Source of the DNA: a bacterium
GTDB lineage: Bacteria; Patescibacteriota; Minisyncoccia; Phycocordibacterales; UBA918
Length of the DNA stretch: 64,000 nucleotides
Assembly (NCBI GenBank): GCA_002710785.1
Contig: PAMC01000018.1
Location: 10,515 to 74,514, forward strand
Direction: 5' to 3'
The position numbers and the translations under genes are program-made. Positions 1 through 9,127 of the stretch are shown piece by piece. Each line of letters starts with the position of its first letter. The first letter of the stretch is position 1. The notes under the pieces were generated by a model. It was not told the origin of the DNA. It worked only from the letters and a program-made list of their open reading frames with translations, and made no database searches.

Positions 1-519
1 TACCCAACGCAACCAGTGGCGCGCGAGTACGATGAGTACACAGCCCGTGGCGGCAGCTCTCTTCTAACTGGCTCCGGTGGTGAGGATCGTCTAGAGAGGG
101 AAGCATTCTTTGCTAATCAAGGCGTATGCTCAGAAGATTTTTTGCAAGAATATTTTGGCCCTGAAGCCGCCACTGCTGCCTGTGTCGCTCGCGGTGAGAG
201 TGCCTGTGGAGCCCAATTCTACAGCACCACCGACCGAGACCAGAATAACGATTCGTTTTCATTAAGCTTCATGCAACTCAACGTTTCTGTACATGAGGTA
301 CAAAATTGCGCGCAATATGGCGCAGCCAGTGATTTTATCGATTGCCCGGCAGCGTATGAAGGTCGAAACTATGGTGGTCGAATTATTAACCGCTCACTCT
401 ATGCGCAGTGTGAAGAAGCTCTGGTAGACAGTAGATGCGCAGCCGAGAATGCTGCACGTTTACAGCAGCGTGATGGCTGGGGAATTTGGTCCGCGTATAG
501 CGCTAATAATTGCGGCTAA
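1..519 (+). CDS. Lysozyme-like/lytic transglycosylase domain protein, 5'-truncated by window
   Basis: Frame open from position 1; 'CVARGES...SFMQLN...AENAARLQQRDGWGIWSAY' resembles the SLT/lysozyme-like fold (catalytic ES, W..W..Y end). Confidence 0.55.
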   Translation, partial: YPTQPVAREYDEYTARGGSSLLTGSGGEDRLEREAFFANQGVCSEDFLQEYFGPEAATAACVARGESACGAQFYSTTDRDQNNDSFSLSFMQLNVSVHEVQNCAQYGAASDFIDCPAAYEGRNYGGRIINRSLYAQCEEALVDSRCAAENAARLQQRDGWGIWSAYSANNCG

Positions 520-535
520 ATGATATAGTTGAAGT

Positions 536-1042
536 ATGAACAAGATCGTCTTACTAGTAACACTTCTGCTCGCGCTAGGTATTGCAATTGGGTACACGGT
601 GTACACCAAACCACCCAGTACAGCACCTGGTGTGACAGATTTGCCTGATACTTCCCGCACTGCTCCTGGTGAAAGAAATGGCACCATCTCAGTTTCTACA
701 GACGCAGGCACGATAGAGATCAACGATGTTCGCTCCCAACCAGAAACGGTTCCAGCTGGCACGTTTATGTACGCCATGAATGGTTTGAACAAAGACGGTA
801 CGGCACCTTTCACTATGACCTTTGATGAGCGGGATATGAGTGTGGCCGTCGCACTATTGCGAGAGCCGCTTGGAGAAACTCGTCAGCAAGCCGAGCAGCA
901 TCTGCTCGGTCGTTTAGGTATAAGCGAAGACGAGCTCTGTTCGCTATTTGTGTATGTTGGCGTGCCAGCTGAGATTAACAGTTTTTACTCGAATGAGAAT
1001 CTTGGCCTGAGTTTTTGTCCAGGTGCAGTCCAGTTGCCGTAG
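536..1042 (+). CDS. Membrane-anchored hypothetical protein
   Basis: N-terminal TM helix; same-strand cluster with neighbours. Confidence 0.6.
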   Translation: MNKIVLLVTLLLALGIAIGYTVYTKPPSTAPGVTDLPDTSRTAPGERNGTISVSTDAGTIEINDVRSQPETVPAGTFMYAMNGLNKDGTAPFTMTFDERDMSVAVALLREPLGETRQQAEQHLLGRLGISEDELCSLFVYVGVPAEINSFYSNENLGLSFCPGAVQLP

Positions 1043-1045
1043 TGT

Positions 1046-1993
1046 ATGAGTAATATTACAGCAATAATCAATTTTTTTATTTGCATCGCTTTACTGGTGC
1101 CAAACCTGGCCTTGGCGCAGCAGGGGAGCATTATGAGCGTATATGGCGAGGCACTCAGCAACCAAGCAGCACAGGTGAGCGACTACGACCGGGGCGCAGG
1201 CGGGCTGGTTACCTGTACTGGTTTCTCGGACTGCAATTTCTGCAGTTTTGGTGCCATGGTCAATAAAATCATTAATTGGCTGTTTGGTTTTCTAACGGTA
1301 GCCGCCGTGCTTATTTTGGCTTGGGCTGGCTTTCGGTTGGTGACGTCAGGTGGTGACACTACGGTAATGCAGTGGGCCAAAGAACGCATTGTGTACGTCA
1401 TTATCGGGTTTGTTCTCATGCTCGCGTCGTGGCTCATTGTCGACACCATTTTGCGTGGCTTAACCGGCAGTGAGCAGGGTATGAACTTCTGGGGCAGTTT
1501 TGATGTCGAGAATTGCGGGTTTATGCGAGAGCCTCAGTCGCGGACGTACGACGAGTACGAGGTAACCGTTACCCTGGAGGAAATGTTAAATGAACAAACT
1601 GCCGGCCCGATAAACAATCCAAATGGAACTAGTGTCACACCCGACATCGAAGGCATGGTCAGTCTAAACGAAATGGGGTTAGTGGTAGCAAATGGATTCG
1701 AGGGCATTAGCGGTCCGGGACGCACTGATTTAGCGCACCCTGAGGTAGCTGCAGCTGCACTGCGTATGCAAGAGCTCGCTGTACAAAGATATGGACAACC
1801 GGTCTTTCAAGTTACCGCAGCGTACACAGACGGTGTCGGGCACAGTGCCAACAGTAGACACTATCAGGGTATCGCAATTGATTTTGATCCAGTTAATGGC
1901 GCATCAACACAACAGGTCGCTAATTTAGCCCGAGAAGTCGGATTTACCTTCGTGCTCGATGAGGGGTCGCATGTGCATGGAGATATGCGATAA
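1046..1993 (+). CDS. VirB2/TrbC-like (CPR) pilin fused to C-terminal M15-like Zn peptidase domain
   Basis: Signal peptide, C-x4-C-x2-C, two TM helices 'AGFRLVTSGGD..AKERI..VIIGF', then 'HSANSRHYQGIAIDF...HVH' (M15 H-x6-D...H). Confidence 0.7.
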   Translation: MSNITAIINFFICIALLVPNLALAQQGSIMSVYGEALSNQAAQVSDYDRGAGGLVTCTGFSDCNFCSFGAMVNKIINWLFGFLTVAAVLILAWAGFRLVTSGGDTTVMQWAKERIVYVIIGFVLMLASWLIVDTILRGLTGSEQGMNFWGSFDVENCGFMREPQSRTYDEYEVTVTLEEMLNEQTAGPINNPNGTSVTPDIEGMVSLNEMGLVVANGFEGISGPGRTDLAHPEVAAAALRMQELAVQRYGQPVFQVTAAYTDGVGHSANSRHYQGIAIDFDPVNGASTQQVANLAREVGFTFVLDEGSHVHGDMR

Positions 1994-2129
1994 AAGAAAA
2001 TACCTAATAAACGTTGGATATTTTCTATTGCTGTTACAAATCACTAACTATCATTGTTCGCTACACTTCAATTCTAGTAAGTGCTCGCGACCCCGACTCA
2101 ACTGTTGCTGAAGCAACATGTTTCCGTCT

Positions 2130-2216
2130 CCCGCTCAAGCACGAAAGCAAAGTAGTTTGCTTTCTAAAGAAATGAGCCGATGCTAAAGCATCGGCTCATT
2201 TCTTTACTCGAGCGGG
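2130..2216. repeat. Nested hairpin array with a perfect 20-bp inverted repeat (2165-2184/2187-2206)
   Basis: TAAAGAAATGAGCCGATGCT-AA-AGCATCGGCTCATTTCTTTA, enclosed by CCCGCTCAAG...CTCGAGCGGG. Confidence 0.85.
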
Positions 2217-2323
2217 CAAAAAACGTGGCTTTCAGAACTGTATAAGGAGAGGGAGTATATCAAGTCGAGTATTCAAACGCTTCAAGAGCTGCTCGCCTGA
2301 GTCATTTTTGATACAATTCACTG

Positions 2324-2956
2324 ATGATTATCATCACTTCATCAGTCGCTACCGTTGCCGACCACATCTACCAGAATTACCTATCAGACAAGGGATACAA
2401 AACCGTATTGTTTATTGATACTGCAGCTGAACCAGAGGTTGGTAAAGAAAAGGGCGATGACTGGTGGCTACAGGCTGACCTAAAAGGTTTGCAAAACCAA
2501 GGCTACCAAGTAGACCGCTGGAGTATCACTGGCAAGACCAAAGAAGAAATTGAAGCCAAGCTAGAGGAGTACGACATCATCTACATGTGTGGTGGTAATA
2601 CTATTTACCTCCTGCAACAACTTCAGCAGGCTGGCAGCTTTGAATTGATTAAATCAAAGGTGCTGGCCGGAAAGCCGTACATTGGCACTAGTGCTGGTTC
2701 TATTGTGGCCTGTACTAAAATCCCTGCCTACCTTGAAGATGCAGAGGGTATTGAACTAGATGATTACACTGGCTTTGAGTTCTGTGACCTTATTTTTGTA
2801 CCACACTGGGGTCAAGACGGGTTTAAGGACGCATACCTCAATGGTCGTATTCAGACTGCTTATGATGAAAATGAGCCACCGTTCCTGCTGATGAGTGACT
2901 ACCACTACGCTCTAGTTGAAGATGGAGCGGTGACGGTAATAAATACCAAGAAGTAA
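2324..2956 (+). CDS. Peptidase S51 (peptidase E-like, type 1 glutamine amidotransferase fold)
   Basis: 'YMCGGNT', 'YIGTSAGS', 'VPHW' motifs. Confidence 0.8.
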   Translation: MIIITSSVATVADHIYQNYLSDKGYKTVLFIDTAAEPEVGKEKGDDWWLQADLKGLQNQGYQVDRWSITGKTKEEIEAKLEEYDIIYMCGGNTIYLLQQLQQAGSFELIKSKVLAGKPYIGTSAGSIVACTKIPAYLEDAEGIELDDYTGFEFCDLIFVPHWGQDGFKDAYLNGRIQTAYDENEPPFLLMSDYHYALVEDGAVTVINTKK

Positions 2957-2958
2957 TT

Positions 2959-3741
2959 ATGGAGAAATTCACACTGCAAAACCGCAAAGGGCAGAATATT
3001 GTCGGCATTCTCGCTAAGCCAGTAGGAGATATTAAAGGCACCTGCGTTTTGCAGCACGGGTGGTCAGGAAAGAAAGAACAAGACCATGTTGTTGCTATCC
3101 AGGAAGCCTTCACCGATAACGGCTGGCAAGTATTTAATTTCGACGCCACCAACTCCTTTAATGAAAGTGATGGGGAGTTTGCAGACTCAAGGCTCGGACT
3201 CCACTACGAAGATATGGAAGATGTGTGTCAGTGGGTACAGCAACAAGATTGGTCCGTTGGTCCATTAGCAGTCTCTGGTCACTCAATGGGTGGCTATGCT
3301 ACCGCTAGATATGCAGAGGACCACCCAGAAGATGTGGCACTCATTGCATCAATCGCACCGGTGGTATCTGGGAAGTTAACGACAGAATCGAAAGAACGGC
3401 GGGAACCGGGAATCATAGCCAAATGGAAAGAAGAGGGTGTACTGGTAAGTGAAAGCTCTACCACACCAGGACTCATCAAGCGAGCACCCTACTCTATCCA
3501 CCAAGAGTGGCTAAATCATGACCTACTACCAAATGCAGACAAGCTCACCATGCCCGTATTTCTGCTGACCGGGACCGATGATGGTTCTTGTCCACCAGAC
3601 CATGTGCAGCAGCTATTTGACGTTATCCCACACGACAATAAGGTATATGAAATTATCGAGGGGGCACCACACACGTACCGCACAGAGGAGGATTTGAAGG
3701 AGGTAAGGGAGCGTTTGAGTAAGTGGCTTAGCGTACAATAG
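2959..3741 (+). CDS. Alpha/beta hydrolase
   Basis: HG oxyanion motif, GHSMGG nucleophile, GTDD and H catalytic residues. Confidence 0.9.
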   Translation: MEKFTLQNRKGQNIVGILAKPVGDIKGTCVLQHGWSGKKEQDHVVAIQEAFTDNGWQVFNFDATNSFNESDGEFADSRLGLHYEDMEDVCQWVQQQDWSVGPLAVSGHSMGGYATARYAEDHPEDVALIASIAPVVSGKLTTESKERREPGIIAKWKEEGVLVSESSTTPGLIKRAPYSIHQEWLNHDLLPNADKLTMPVFLLTGTDDGSCPPDHVQQLFDVIPHDNKVYEIIEGAPHTYRTEEDLKEVRERLSKWLSVQ

Positions 3742-3745
3742 GAGT

Positions 3746-4219
3746 ATGGATAAACAAGAGGTCACATTCGCTCGCAACTTAGTCAAAGGCAAGATAGCAG
3801 AAACGGTATTTGCCCAGATGCTTCGCTCTACTGGTGAATTTACTGTCTTAGAGTTTGGCTATGAGAAAATCATCCCGGAGTTAGTGAGTCGTGGCAGTCA
3901 CCAGAATGACGACATGGTGGAAGCGCTACGGACCGCCCCTGACTTTGCGGTGATTAATAACAAAACCAAAGAAGTGCATCTAATTGAAGTGAAGTATCGG
4001 CGAGAATTTACTGCTAGTGATGTGCTTCGTATAGCAGAGAGGATGAGTGAGAGCTGGAATCCGTCATACTTATTCTTAGCTACTGAGGATGGCTTCTACT
4101 TTGGGGAGGTGAAGGAAATTATTGCCAACCAGGGTGACATACAGCGACTGGACCATCCACAAATACCCGTAGAAACGCAACAAGAATTTTTACAGATACT
4201 TAACGACTTTGAAGGATAG
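3746..4219 (+). CDS. PD-(D/E)XK nuclease-like protein
   Basis: 'GKIAE...PDF...HLIEVKYR' pattern. Confidence 0.6.
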   Translation: MDKQEVTFARNLVKGKIAETVFAQMLRSTGEFTVLEFGYEKIIPELVSRGSHQNDDMVEALRTAPDFAVINNKTKEVHLIEVKYRREFTASDVLRIAERMSESWNPSYLFLATEDGFYFGEVKEIIANQGDIQRLDHPQIPVETQQEFLQILNDFEG

Positions 4220-4246
4220 GTCGGTCCTGATTTCCACGGATTACTG

Positions 4247-4274
4247 TTGACTTTGGGTTAGATTTGACTATATT
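4247..4274 (+). promoter_or_regulatory. Sigma70-like promoter upstream of AbiF-associated RNA
   Basis: TTGACT-16 nt-TATATT. Confidence 0.5.
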
Positions 4275-4279
4275 AGGAG

Positions 4280-4328
4280 GTAACAAGGTCGGCCCCGCTG
4301 CATTCGTGCATGGGCCGGCTTTCTGTTT
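4280..4328 (+). ncRNA. Structured RNA upstream of Abi_2/AbiF gene (candidate RNA antitoxin)
   Basis: GGUCGGCCC/GGGCCGGCU outer stem, internal bulge, UGCA-UUCG-UGCA apex, U-rich tail. Confidence 0.5.
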
Positions 4329-4360
4329 ATATACTGTATTTTTGCTACAATGCGGTGCAA

Positions 4361-5323
4361 ATGGAATCCTACACCAAACCGTTTCTAACAATTGACCAGC
4401 AATTAGATTTGATTGCTTCACGAGGAATGGATATTGGTGACCGTGCGTACGCTGCGGATTGCCTCAAGAACATCGGGTACTATCGCCTCAGCGGCTACTG
4501 GTACCCACTACGAGAATCATCGGTAGTTGAAGACGATGAGGGTAAAAAGACACGGGTGGTCGGAGATTCCTACCGTGACGGCTCCACTTTTAAGCAAGTC
4601 ATAGATATCTACACATACGATAAACACCTCCGGCTCCTGATGCTGGATGTGCTGGAACGAATTGAGATTGCACTGCGTACTGATATTACTCTGCAGATGG
4701 GTCAGTACAGTCCTTGGGCATACAGGGATGGTGACGTTTTGGACCAACGGTTTGTAACTGATGTTACTCCTGGTTTTACTGAATCACGTTTTGCCACATT
4801 CGTGAATCGTTTTGATGATATGGTTGCTCGGTCAAAAAGTGACTTTGTAGACCACTTCAAGAAGAAGTATGAAGACCCGCTACCAATCTGGGCAGCGGTA
4901 GAGTTATGGGATTTTGGAATGTTGTCTGTGTTTCTCTCTGGTATGAAATATCGAGATAAGCGAGCTATTGCAGAGAGGTATGGGGTAAAGCCGGAAATAC
5001 TACCATCTTGGGTTCGTACATTGGCTGACGTACGAAATATCTGTGCGCATCACGGAAGGCTCTGGAACCGCACATTGGTATCCATGCCAAAAACGGCTGG
5101 TATAGAGGTGGATGACTTGAAGCATCTAGACGAAGGGTTTGCTCGGGAGAAGATATACAGTGCGGTAGCCATAGCCCGACACATGCAACGTATCCTCAAC
5201 CCATCTTCTACTTGGGCCGATAGCATCATTAGTCTCAATGAGTCGTTTCCAGCAGCACCCGGTATTGCTTTTAAGCAGATGGGCTACCCAGAGAATTGGC
5301 TAGAGCTGGGTCTGTGGAAGTAG
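4361..5323 (+). CDS. Abi_2 (AbiD/AbiF) family HEPN abortive-infection protein
   Basis: 'KPFLTIDQQLDLI..RGM', 'IGYYRLSGY', 'IEIALR', 'PIWAAVE', HEPN 'RNICAHH'; start placed at ATG 4361. Confidence 0.9.
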   Translation: MESYTKPFLTIDQQLDLIASRGMDIGDRAYAADCLKNIGYYRLSGYWYPLRESSVVEDDEGKKTRVVGDSYRDGSTFKQVIDIYTYDKHLRLLMLDVLERIEIALRTDITLQMGQYSPWAYRDGDVLDQRFVTDVTPGFTESRFATFVNRFDDMVARSKSDFVDHFKKKYEDPLPIWAAVELWDFGMLSVFLSGMKYRDKRAIAERYGVKPEILPSWVRTLADVRNICAHHGRLWNRTLVSMPKTAGIEVDDLKHLDEGFAREKIYSAVAIARHMQRILNPSSTWADSIISLNESFPAAPGIAFKQMGYPENWLELGLWK

Positions 5324-5448
5324 GTCAGGATTATCTTTGCTTAAACACACCAAGACTACCCAACCAAAATTTCATGGGGTGAGTATAGCAAAAAGAAAAG
5401 CCCGCCCCGGTGTGTTGGGGCGAGCCAGTAATTCGGTTGTAGGACCGA

Positions 5449-5709
5449 CTAGTTCTGCCGTCGTTCTTCAAGGAGTACGATAGCCGCCGGTTGACCATGG
5501 ACAGCCGGGTCGTAACGCTCAACCAGGGTTAGCTCATCGAAACGAGCCCTCATACCAATCCCGTCGACAAACCCGAACGCATTGGATGCCTTTTCGGGTA
5601 GGTCGGGCGGTTGGTTGAACAGGGTCAATGTCTCCTTAACGTAGAAGCGACCCCGCCTGGCGACAAAGTAGTCACCCTCTGCGAGACTGCCGAATGTGAC
5701 GAAGGGCAT
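5449..5709 (-). CDS. Hypothetical protein
   Basis: ORF in co-oriented cluster followed by GC hairpin terminator (~5400-5425). Confidence 0.5.
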   Translation of the reverse strand: MPFVTFGSLAEGDYFVARRGRFYVKETLTLFNQPPDLPEKASNAFGFVDGIGMRARFDELTLVERYDPAVHGQPAAIVLLEERRQN

Positions 5710-5718
5710 TTCGACCCC

Positions 5719-6069
5719 CTACGTCAGAACCAGTTGAGCCGATGAGGGTTTCTCGACCGGCATGAATCCGTTTGTTTCCGTGATAAGCCGAGAGATACGA
5801 CCACCCAGTACCACCATCCGAAAGATAGGTATCCTGACTTTCACGACATACTCCGGCACCCCAGCATCGAACACCGTGGTGGAGTTGATGATGGGCATCC
5901 GAAGCGTTCGCCCGGCATGAGCGAGGGTCACCGAGCGGGTACTCATCATGGCCGTGAAGTCAGCCAGCTCCATGTACTTGGACAGAGACCCGACCTCCTT
6001 GCCGATATACGGCAATACGATGGACGGGATGTACCAGTTGAGAGTCACTTTAACTTGTTTGGGTTGCAT
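5719..6069 (-). CDS. Hypothetical protein
   Basis: ORF tightly packed with neighbours. Confidence 0.5.
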   Translation of the reverse strand: MQPKQVKVTLNWYIPSIVLPYIGKEVGSLSKYMELADFTAMMSTRSVTLAHAGRTLRMPIINSTTVFDAGVPEYVVKVRIPIFRMVVLGGRISRLITETNGFMPVEKPSSAQLVLT

Positions 6070-6074
6070 GTCGT

Positions 6075-6383
6075 TTACTTTCTGATGATTTCAAACTCGC
6101 CGAGGATGACCAGTTTGGGTTCAGCATGAAGCGAAGCCGTTCCGTTTACTGACGGAACAATCCGCTTGATGTCGTGTCCGTGGAATTTCGGGCAACTCAC
6201 CCGAAAGCTGACACCCTCCTCCGGCCCGTAGCCGATGGAGGTGATGGTTCCGCAGATGATGTGGTCTGCCGAGTCACTGAAAATCAGCGTTTGACCCAGC
6301 ACGGCACCGATGAGGTCACCCAAGCCGAGTTTGTTGAGTTCAACCCGGAGTAGTTCAGCTCCAGCCATATTCTTCTCCTTCAT
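6075..6383 (-). CDS. Hypothetical protein
   Basis: ORF overlapping methyltransferase stop (ATGA). Confidence 0.5.
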   Translation of the reverse strand: MKEKNMAGAELLRVELNKLGLGDLIGAVLGQTLIFSDSADHIICGTITSIGYGPEEGVSFRVSCPKFHGHDIKRIVPSVNGTASLHAEPKLVILGEFEIIRK

Positions 6384-7003
6384 TTCTGGACCAGGACAGA
6401 CATTGCGCCGTCAGCCCAATGATGTGTGGTTGCAAGGACTGTGAAGCCAGATTGCTCCAGCATCGCAGCGAGTTCATCAAGGTCGTAGTGAGCGTGATGC
6501 AGATGGGGTGTGCCATCAGGGTGTTTTTCAAGCTCCTCATGGCTTTCATAAACAGCTGGCATAACCACCATCATGACTCCACCGGTAACCAGTATACGCT
6601 TCAGTCCAGCAAGGACTGTCGGCATATTGTGCTTGGGTTCACCACTGAACGTGCAGCAGCACCACAATCCATCAAACGATGCCTCTGGAAACTCGAGCTT
6701 CCGATAGGACATGAGCTCGAACTGCTGGTCTGGATAGGCGTCTTGAGCCAACCTCACCATCTCGGGCGAGTGGTCGATACCGATGTATTGCAAGCCCTGG
6801 TCGAGAAAGCGGTAGACATAGCGAGCCCAACCACATCCGACATCGAGCATTCGGTCTCCCGGAAGGGCGTCGAAGAAGGCTTGTAGGTCGGCATCTGGTT
6901 CTTCACCCTTCCACTGTGTCCAAGTTGGACTCTTGGCAAAGTCATCGGCATATGCAACGCCGAGACGTTCCGCCAGGTCTGGGTCAACGTTTGTATCGTT
7001 CAA
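6380..7003 (-). CDS. Class I SAM-dependent methyltransferase
   Basis: 'MLDVGCGWAR', 'IGIDHS', 'SFDGLW'; TTG start at 7003 after GGAG. Confidence 0.85.
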   Translation of the reverse strand: MNDTNVDPDLAERLGVAYADDFAKSPTWTQWKGEEPDADLQAFFDALPGDRMLDVGCGWARYVYRFLDQGLQYIGIDHSPEMVRLAQDAYPDQQFELMSYRKLEFPEASFDGLWCCCTFSGEPKHNMPTVLAGLKRILVTGGVMMVVMPAVYESHEELEKHPDGTPHLHHAHYDLDELAAMLEQSGFTVLATTHHWADGAMSVLVQK

Positions 7004-7177
7004 GTTTCTCTCCCTTGTAAAGGTGCAATTGTGTACTTGTGTTCGAGTCGAACAATGCCACAAATCCTTTTGTTTTTCAATAAAAATCTCCCTCACGCTG
7101 AACGATTGTTGTCTCCCAGAACATTGACAGAACAAAGTTTTATTATACAGTATTTATAGCAAAAAGGAGCTCCTATC

Positions 7178-7732
7178 ATGATTAAGTTCTTCAATCCCAG
7201 CGACCTCGGACACAAGGCGGTCTACGCCGTCTATTTGCTGGCCTGCGCTCTGTTTCCGGCATACCCGATGCAGCGGTATCTCAAAGAGAAAACTGGTCGC
7301 GGTTTCCTCGGACCGGCAGAATGGTCCATACTGGCGTTGTCCAGTATCGGGACAGTCTCAATCTATGGGACGCTGTTCTACTACTTGGGTTGGCCTTCAA
7401 TTTCGGTCATCCTTCCGTTCCAGGTCTTTGTGGCAGCATACGCATCAGTCAGTGCTTGCTGGATTACCGGACTCTACGTCTTCATCGTACTGAGTTCGAA
7501 TTGGCTGCCGTGGTTCAGCTTCAGAAAAATCGCTGTCGCAGAAAGGTTCACAGGTGGCAAGACCGAATACATCCTCGCTCGTGGCCTGTACTGGCGGCGT
7601 AGCCCTCCCGGCAAGTACTACACAGAGCGGCAGCCGTGGGGAGGTATCCCCAAAGGCTGGCGGGTAGCAGAGCCATCAACAGCCGAAGGAGAAAGGATAA
7701 GTGCTGCATTAAAAGCTGCACTGAAGGCCTAA
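7178..7732 (+). CDS. Membrane protein
   Basis: 3-4 hydrophobic segments; AGGAG RBS upstream. Confidence 0.6.
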   Translation: MIKFFNPSDLGHKAVYAVYLLACALFPAYPMQRYLKEKTGRGFLGPAEWSILALSSIGTVSIYGTLFYYLGWPSISVILPFQVFVAAYASVSACWITGLYVFIVLSSNWLPWFSFRKIAVAERFTGGKTEYILARGLYWRRSPPGKYYTERQPWGGIPKGWRVAEPSTAEGERISAALKAALKA

Positions 7733-7842
7733 TACTCTCAGGCACCCTCACGTTATTGGCTGGTCCTCCATAGGGCCAGCTTTTTTCTATACAAACGCCC
7801 CAGTTACCGGAAACTGGGGCGGACGCGTATTGTTGTATCGGG

Positions 7843-8451
7843 TTAGACCCACAGAGGAACAAGGCTCTTGAAGCCAAAAGGGCTAGGGTTGCGGTCAAGT
7901 CGAAACACGATGAAGTGAAGGTGGTCACGGTCAGTCAGTCCGGTTTTCCCGACAACACCGATGACCTGCCCTGCTCGCACTGCAGCTCCCTGATGTACTC
8001 CAGCATCACGGACCGAATTCTTCGCCAAATGGCAGTATTGAGTGAATTCAGTCGGGGTATGTTGGATGGTGATGTAGTTCAGCTTATCTCGGAAACTGAT
8101 ATCATCACCCCACTCGTCAGAGTGCTCTTGCACCTCAACCACCATTCCGCCTGAAGCGGCCAGGACTGGAGTTCCATCAAGGACCAAGAAATCAATGGCA
8201 TTCTTGAAAGCAGCTCGGTGTGTCAGTGGACTTTTGGCACACAGGTAATGCGCCGTGTGATACAGCTCATCAGCTGGTATGCCGTCCTTCAATGCTTCTG
8301 CGTGACGCACAGCCTCGTCAGGTGTCACATTGAGCGGAAGACGGTATGTCTCTTTGCTCACTTCATCATCCCACATCGGGTCGTCAGCCCAACGGTCAAT
8401 ATCGTCCATTTCGATACTCCTAAATTGTCCACGTTCGGTTTTCATTTCCAA
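7843..8451 (-). CDS. M23 family metallopeptidase
   Basis: 'AIDF...GTPVLAA..G', 'YCHL', 'HLHF'. Confidence 0.85.
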   Translation of the reverse strand: MEMKTERGQFRSIEMDDIDRWADDPMWDDEVSKETYRLPLNVTPDEAVRHAEALKDGIPADELYHTAHYLCAKSPLTHRAAFKNAIDFLVLDGTPVLAASGGMVVEVQEHSDEWGDDISFRDKLNYITIQHTPTEFTQYCHLAKNSVRDAGVHQGAAVRAGQVIGVVGKTGLTDRDHLHFIVFRLDRNPSPFGFKSLVPLWV

Positions 8452-8490
8452 GTACGAAAACTAACACAAATACTATAAAGTTACTATTTA

Positions 8491-9063
8491 TCAATGTTTT
8501 CTTCGTATAAGCAAAAGTGCCACAAACAAACCATTGGCAATGCCCCAAGCAGCCGGAAACAAGCTGGTTAGGATTGAATAGTGAGATAAAGCGGCAACAC
8601 TGAGTAAGTGCCTAAATGAGTTAATAGCGTAAGTAGATATAGTCTCAGTGTGAGGTCTATTCCAAGATTTACGAATGGTCGGTATAAAACCAAGCATGCC
8701 AACTGTTACAAGTAGAATCATTGCGGTAACTGGTTGTTTTGCCAACAGCCACAATCCTAGAGCGACCAACGCTGCTAAAAAGAAAAGGGTGTCAGACCGG
8801 GTAATATCTTTATCGCCTTGGCGCATCCCCAGTACAAAAATACATAGTGATATAGAACCTGCTACTAGGGTTACCCATGCACCTGGACCTGCATCATCAC
8901 TAAGCTGAAGGGCAAAGATGATTATCGTAATGAGACCCCATACAAATCAAGTATATACATGTGGCTTTGTTTTTCCTTTTAGCACGTCACGCAAGTATGG
9001 AATGTAACCAACAACTCCAAGAATGACAGTTATGACCCCTATTATTTCCTTAATTTCAAGCAT
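8491..9063 (-). pseudogene. Multi-pass membrane protein interrupted by in-frame TGA (8947-8949)
   Basis: ATG 9063 gives MLEIKEIIG...KTKPHVYT*FVWGL and continues in the same frame into the 8491-8826 ORF. Confidence 0.7.
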
Positions 9064-9127
9064 AATATTTGTAACAATGCTAACACAACAAAAGCCACAC
9101 ACCCGCGGGGTGTATGGCTTTAATAAT

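Noticed and set aside
8947-8949. Alternative genetic code (TGA recoding)
   Set aside because: Many conserved genes here end in TGA (miaA, serS, dprA) and no other internal TGA was needed
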